From Chiloscyllium plagiosum (Eukaryota), in NCBI RefSeq assembly GCF_004010195.1, contig NC_057718.1, positions 20,040,351 through 20,104,350 of the forward strand: a DNA stretch of 64,000 bases. The letters are read 5' to 3'. The stretch's first letter is position 1; each line of letters opens with the position of its first letter. The notes beneath the pieces are model-generated. The model worked only from the letters and a program-made list of their open reading frames with translations. It was not told the origin of the DNA and made no database searches. Positions 59,294 to 64,000 of the stretch are shown here, one piece after another. The translations under genes and the position numbers were made by a program.

Positions 59294-61442
59294 CTAAACA
59301 GAGAATTAGAATTATTTACATTGCAAAGTCTTGCAGGTAATGCACTTGACTTGATATTTGCCTTAACGTCCATTTATGATGGACACACATTTTTGTTACA
59401 TATTGGAGGTGGCAGTGGAAAAAAGATGAAGAACTTGCAATGCCTAAGGCCACATTCTACACACAGATCTCACAAATAGACATAAACCTTTCAAATTGAT
59501 TTAATCTCCATCTCCCAACTACAAAGTACCCAACTTGGAATGGCTAGGTGTAGGATTCCTTTAACAGAGACACAAGTTTTCTTAAATGCCGTGGAAGAAC
59601 CAAAATCTGCTCCCTCCCAGAATGAATGCCTGTCTTTTTTCACATTGAAATATTTGTTGCAATAGTACTCCACGTCATTCTATGGTTATTACCATATATT
59701 CATTGAATACATGAACAGACAATAAACTCCAGCCAGCACCTATGCCCCACAAGTGAACTGAAAAACAATGGAACTGATGTAATTTTTGCTTTAAAATAGG
59801 CATTAGGGAAGTCATTACTTAAAGTTCTGGTTGTGCTTCTAAAATTCTCATTATGAACTAAAATGACAAAGTGAAACCTTTGTGTCAAAATGTTGGTGCC
59901 TCCTCAACAGAAGAAAAAAAAAAGTCAAAACTAATTAAATTCCTCTGCAGGAAATGAAGTAACTTAAGTGTTAAAAAAATAAGAAAAAAGCAACTTTTTG
60001 CCTGCAGCAACTCCTTTTCACCCACTACCCTGTTTCCTGAACCTCCTGAACCTCAGGATTGCTGTAGACCTTCTCCACTGCTTGACCCTGAGATACGGCC
60101 TCTTCTCACTTCCCTCTCCTGCATTTCTATTCAAGTTCCAGGTTCAGTTCAAAACTAGAGCTCAGGTGTTATGGAATTGCAAGTCCTGATGTTTCCTAAA
60201 TGCTGGGGCTTGTACAATCTTCTTGTTTAAGAAAAAATGCTCATGCTTGCACTTCCCTCTCCTGAATCCTTTCTATGAGCGAAGGCCTGGGAGAAGACCA
60301 AATCTGGGTCCTGAACAGAAATGAAAATCCAAAAGAGGGAAGCAGCACCTGAGTGAATCCGTGAGGAGGAAGGGGTGGCAATTCAGAAGTCAGGAATGAG
60401 GGAAGAGACCAGGAAATGGAAAGACCATAACATGGATGTTAGGGAGCAGGGGAGGCACCGAATGGGTCATAACGCACCTTGCGATGCTCAGTATAATCAT
60501 AGGCCCCATTAACTTAGTGATGTTAAAGCAAAGCCATGTTAAACAATCAACTTTAAATGAGGGCAAACTGTAGTAAATAATGGAACAATGGTAATTGTGA
60601 TTGCGTCAGTTACCATTCTGGATGAAGCAGAAAGGAAATCGAGCAGGAAGACAACATTTCTCTCAGCTTCCAAAGCTGACAAACAAAATGAACTAATATA
60701 CATGAATTTCATTCCCAATAAAAATTCTTGCCAAGCATCAATCACTGCATGAATAATTTTTAAAAAGCCCATGTATAACAGTGATTTATAAATAGCAAGT
60801 AGCATTCAGCACTTGATCGGAATAGGTCATTTCATCTGTCCTTTGGCATTTGAGATAAAAGATGAAGTCAGTCCAGCATTTAATTGACATGTAAAACATG
60901 CCTTGATAAGATTATAGGTCAAGACATTCAATATGCAGGTGATAAAGTAACAAAAATACATGGTAGCATTTAGCAACTGTGCTTTCCCCTCTGTTGATGT
61001 TGGAATTCAAATTTCAATACCACGTTGAATTTATCCCAATGTCAACAAAATTTTGAAGTATTTGAAAACAGATCCCCAAGTGTGTTTGTTAAAAAAAAAA
61101 TCAGAAGCCAAAATCAAATCCAGTTGCACTGTTTTGTTGAAGAAATGCAAATAGCAATGATTTCAACAGTCAATCTACAATGTGAGAAAAAGATAAAACT
61201 ATCAATATTTGATTTGTTAAGCCCGCATCTGTAAGTCATAACTTTATTTTTAATTTTTTAAGGTAGGAGAGTCACAGAAATTATTTAAGAACTAAGTATG
61301 AACTTCAATTGTTCAATAGTTGAGTACTTAACTAACAAAGCACATCAATGAATGCAATATACTTTGTGGAAACTAAACTGAAATGACAACTAATTTACAG
61401 TGTAACTTAGTTCTGTACTAAGAACAGAAAATTATTACATAC

Positions 61443-61636
61443 CTGTCCACTGAGCGGCCAGGGCCCACACCAAGTTCGGGTCGAGCACTTGGCAAGAGGT
61501 AGGATAGCCTATCCATTACAGATGAGGCTACAGACAGGGCAGAAATATTATGATTGGTCTTTTTCAACTCATTTACAATGGCATTGGCAACTGATTTCAG
61601 GATATGATGGGGAAGATGAAAAGTGACTGTTGCCCA
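61443..61636 (-). CDS. BIRC6: BIRC6 coding exon (194 bp; WATVTFHLPHH...PSARPELGVGPGRSVDR)
   Basis: acag|TGG acceptor, AG|gtatg donor; in ORF 61418..61693; frame continuous with neighbours. Confidence 0.96.
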
Positions 61637-62297
61637 CTGTAAAAGAAATGGACATGTCTTACTGTAAACCCAAGAAAATACAGATTCAAACATGGCTCAG
61701 TATTTCACAAAGACAGAAAATTATTAAAATCAGATGTTAATGTCCACTATCTGCCATAGTTCCTGATCTTACCCAAGTTGTTGTTCAGGGATAGAAAGAA
61801 CAGCAGCAGGACAGTACGATGGTCGCAGGCTAGCTATGTTTATAAGGGAAAACTAGTTAGGAGCAGCCGATGTCAAGATTGACTGAATCACCATGGAAAG
61901 AGGAATGAACATGCTCCCAGATGCCCCAGTGTTACAGCTTTGTCATGTCAAATATGAAGTATGTCAAATAAATGTGGTCTTTCCAGCAGTGCACGCTGCA
62001 AGAAAAACAGTCATAGTAATGGCTACAAATGCCTGAATAGTACCACTGCTCCCATCAGTCTTGGCGCAGGAGCTGCAAAAGGACAGTATTATCATAAAAG
62101 GCAACTGCTTCTTAACACTAATACTACTACACATAAAAATTTCATATACTCCATCTCACAACTTTCAACTGCAGTGCCTTGACAACTGTCACCAAATTCT
62201 AACAATGGCTTGAAGGAACAGCTCAGGAGATTTTTAAGAGTCAAAGCATTTGACACAATTTCATCCTTTGAAGAAATTTACTGTAGTTTTCACTAAC

Positions 62298-62435
62298 CTT
62301 TGCAACTTTATGATTTGCTGCTGTCTCATATGAAGTATTTTGCAGCCCATCCTTCAATTGCGAAATAAACTGATCGTATCCTTCTATATATGAAACCTCC
62401 ACCTTCTCCAGACAAGCAGATAACAATTGCTGGGC
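62298..62435 (-). CDS. BIRC6: BIRC6 coding exon (1st in window, 138 bp; AQQLLSACLEKVEVSYIEGYDQFISQLKDGLQNTSYETAANHKVAK)
   Basis: tacag|GCC acceptor, AAG|gttagt donor; peptide matches the recalled vertebrate BIRC6 N-terminal region; phase 0-0. Confidence 0.95.
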
Positions 62436-63154
62436 CTGTAGGTTAAAAAAAAAGACAGTACGCAAATAATAAACGAGCCAGAGAGTCAGCAAAAGTAAAG
62501 TCTGGATCTGTCAAAAAAAACCTATGCAGATGACACGAGAAACAAATATTTCAATGCTCAAAAAATACCCATACATTTGCATTTATACCACTGACATGAC
62601 ATGCTTTGCAGAAATTATTACAGGTAGCAGTCTGAAAATTGTTCAGAAGGTTTTGGCATTAAACAAAAAATCCCTTTGCTTTAAAACACCCTATGACATT
62701 AAAGGATAAAACAACAGTGCTGTTAAAATAACTGGTGCAAGACATGGTAGTTTATCTGGAGGTGCAACATTATATCACTAAATGGCATTTGGAAGGATCC
62801 TCGGCCCAGAGAGGAGTTATTTGGGATTGAAACATGTACTCAGATTTTAGTAGGAAAAAAAGACAATAAAATTTGCATTTTCATTAATTGTCCTTGAAAT
62901 TTTGAATGCAAAGATCAAAAATATAAAAAGCCAATATAATTGTGCAAGAAGGTACATGACATGTCCTGTAAGGACATGAAGAATTATGGTTTAACACATC
63001 TTTTTAAAAAGGCTATGCATAATGCTTTACCCACCAGATAGTATCATACAAAATGTGACAACATGATACCTACTTGGCAGAAAGTACACAATGAACGCAA
63101 GTACAAGATTGAGATTTTATGGCTTTAATGCCATGTTGGAGTTAGACACAGAGC

Positions 63155-63490
63155 CATAGAATCATAGAGATGTACATCAGGGAAACCGACCCTTTGCCCA
63201 TGCCAACCAGATATCCCAACCTAATCTAGTCCCACTTGCCAGCACCTGGCCCATATCCTTCCTATTCATATATCCATCCAGACGCCTTTTTAATGTTGCA
63301 ATTGTACCAGCCTCCATCACTTACCCTGGCAGTTCATTCCATACATGTAACACCCTCTGCCCCTTAGATCTCTTTTATATCTGTCCCCTTCACCTTAAAC
63401 TTATGCCCTCGAGTTCTGGATTCGCCCATGCCAGGGAAAAGACTGTCTATTCATCCTGTCCATGCCCCTCATGATTTTATTAGCCTCTGT
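63155..63490 (-). mobile_element. CR1 LINE 3' fragment, same subfamily as 48075-51742
   Basis: Reverse complement of 51370-51730 with small deletions. Confidence 0.9.
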
Positions 63491-63699
63491 TCCACGAACA
63501 AAGCACTTGCATTTCACCCTTGTGCTCAAGGACACCCTCAGAATCCTTCCAGGATTATGGCCTTATAGTCATTCCTCTGAATCCAAATCTTTTTCACATT
63601 CTGAAATAAGCCTTTAACATTTATGACTGGGGAGATACAGACAGAGGCAAAAAGGAGACGCTTCTACAGTGCCTGGATCAGTTACCAATTTTATTAAAA

Positions 63700-63810
63700 G
63701 TTCACCATTGAATATCAGAATTACACTGGATTTAAATGTTAATTTTGTTTCTCTCACTGATGTTGCCAAACCTGCTGAGTTTTTCCAGGATTTTGTTTCT
63801 ATTTCTACCA
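63700..63810 (+). mobile_element. Degenerate Penelope-derived pLTR fragment
   Basis: aatgttaattttgtttctctcactgatgttgccaaacctgctgagtttttccagg, as at 10700-10790. Confidence 0.45.
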
Positions 63811-64000
63811 TAGGAATTGATGGATTGGTTAAAAGTTGACAATGACAATGGAATATAATCATAACACTGATTTTTCCAATTAGCCTTCCAAATAAAACTG
63901 TGCAAGTGTTAAGACCCAAAGGCCCATAATTTAGGTCAGATTCACAGAATTTACTGAACTAATGCAGTGAAGGCCATTCAGCCCATTACAGAGTCATAGG

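Overview
Eukaryotic (vertebrate) genomic DNA, most likely a cartilaginous fish (shark). That assignment is inferred from the repeat content: dominant CR1 LINEs, Penelope-derived fold-backs and Deu-domain-type SINEs. The whole window lies inside one minus-strand gene, BIRC6 (BRUCE/Apollon, the giant IAP/E2-E3 ubiquitin ligase). I traced 32 consecutive coding exons from 62435 down to 293, all with GT-AG boundaries and phase-consistent junctions. Together they give 6432 nt, or 2144 codons, using the long splice variants. They include the BIR domain (C-x2-C-x16-H-x6-C) and the 1398-bp large exon. The start of the gene and the C-terminal UBC domain lie outside the window. Introns contain many decayed retroelements: CR1 LINEs (one near full length), L2-like and RTE-like fragments, SINEs, a TA-flanked Tigger/pogo-type MITE, and several Penelope-derived fold-back insertions carrying minimal hammerhead-ribozyme motifs (CTGATGA...GAAAC). 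I found no convincing wholly new biological system. The best leads are (i) hammerhead-bearing fold-back insertions whose breakpoints cluster in the ribozyme core, (ii) several alternative or tandem splice sites and one candidate 84-nt in-frame cassette exon in BIRC6, and (iii) inverted CR1 3' ends that could promote back-splicing. Comparisons with mammalian BIRC6 are from recalled protein sequence, not a database search. Repeat boundaries are approximate unless TSDs or TIRs are quoted.
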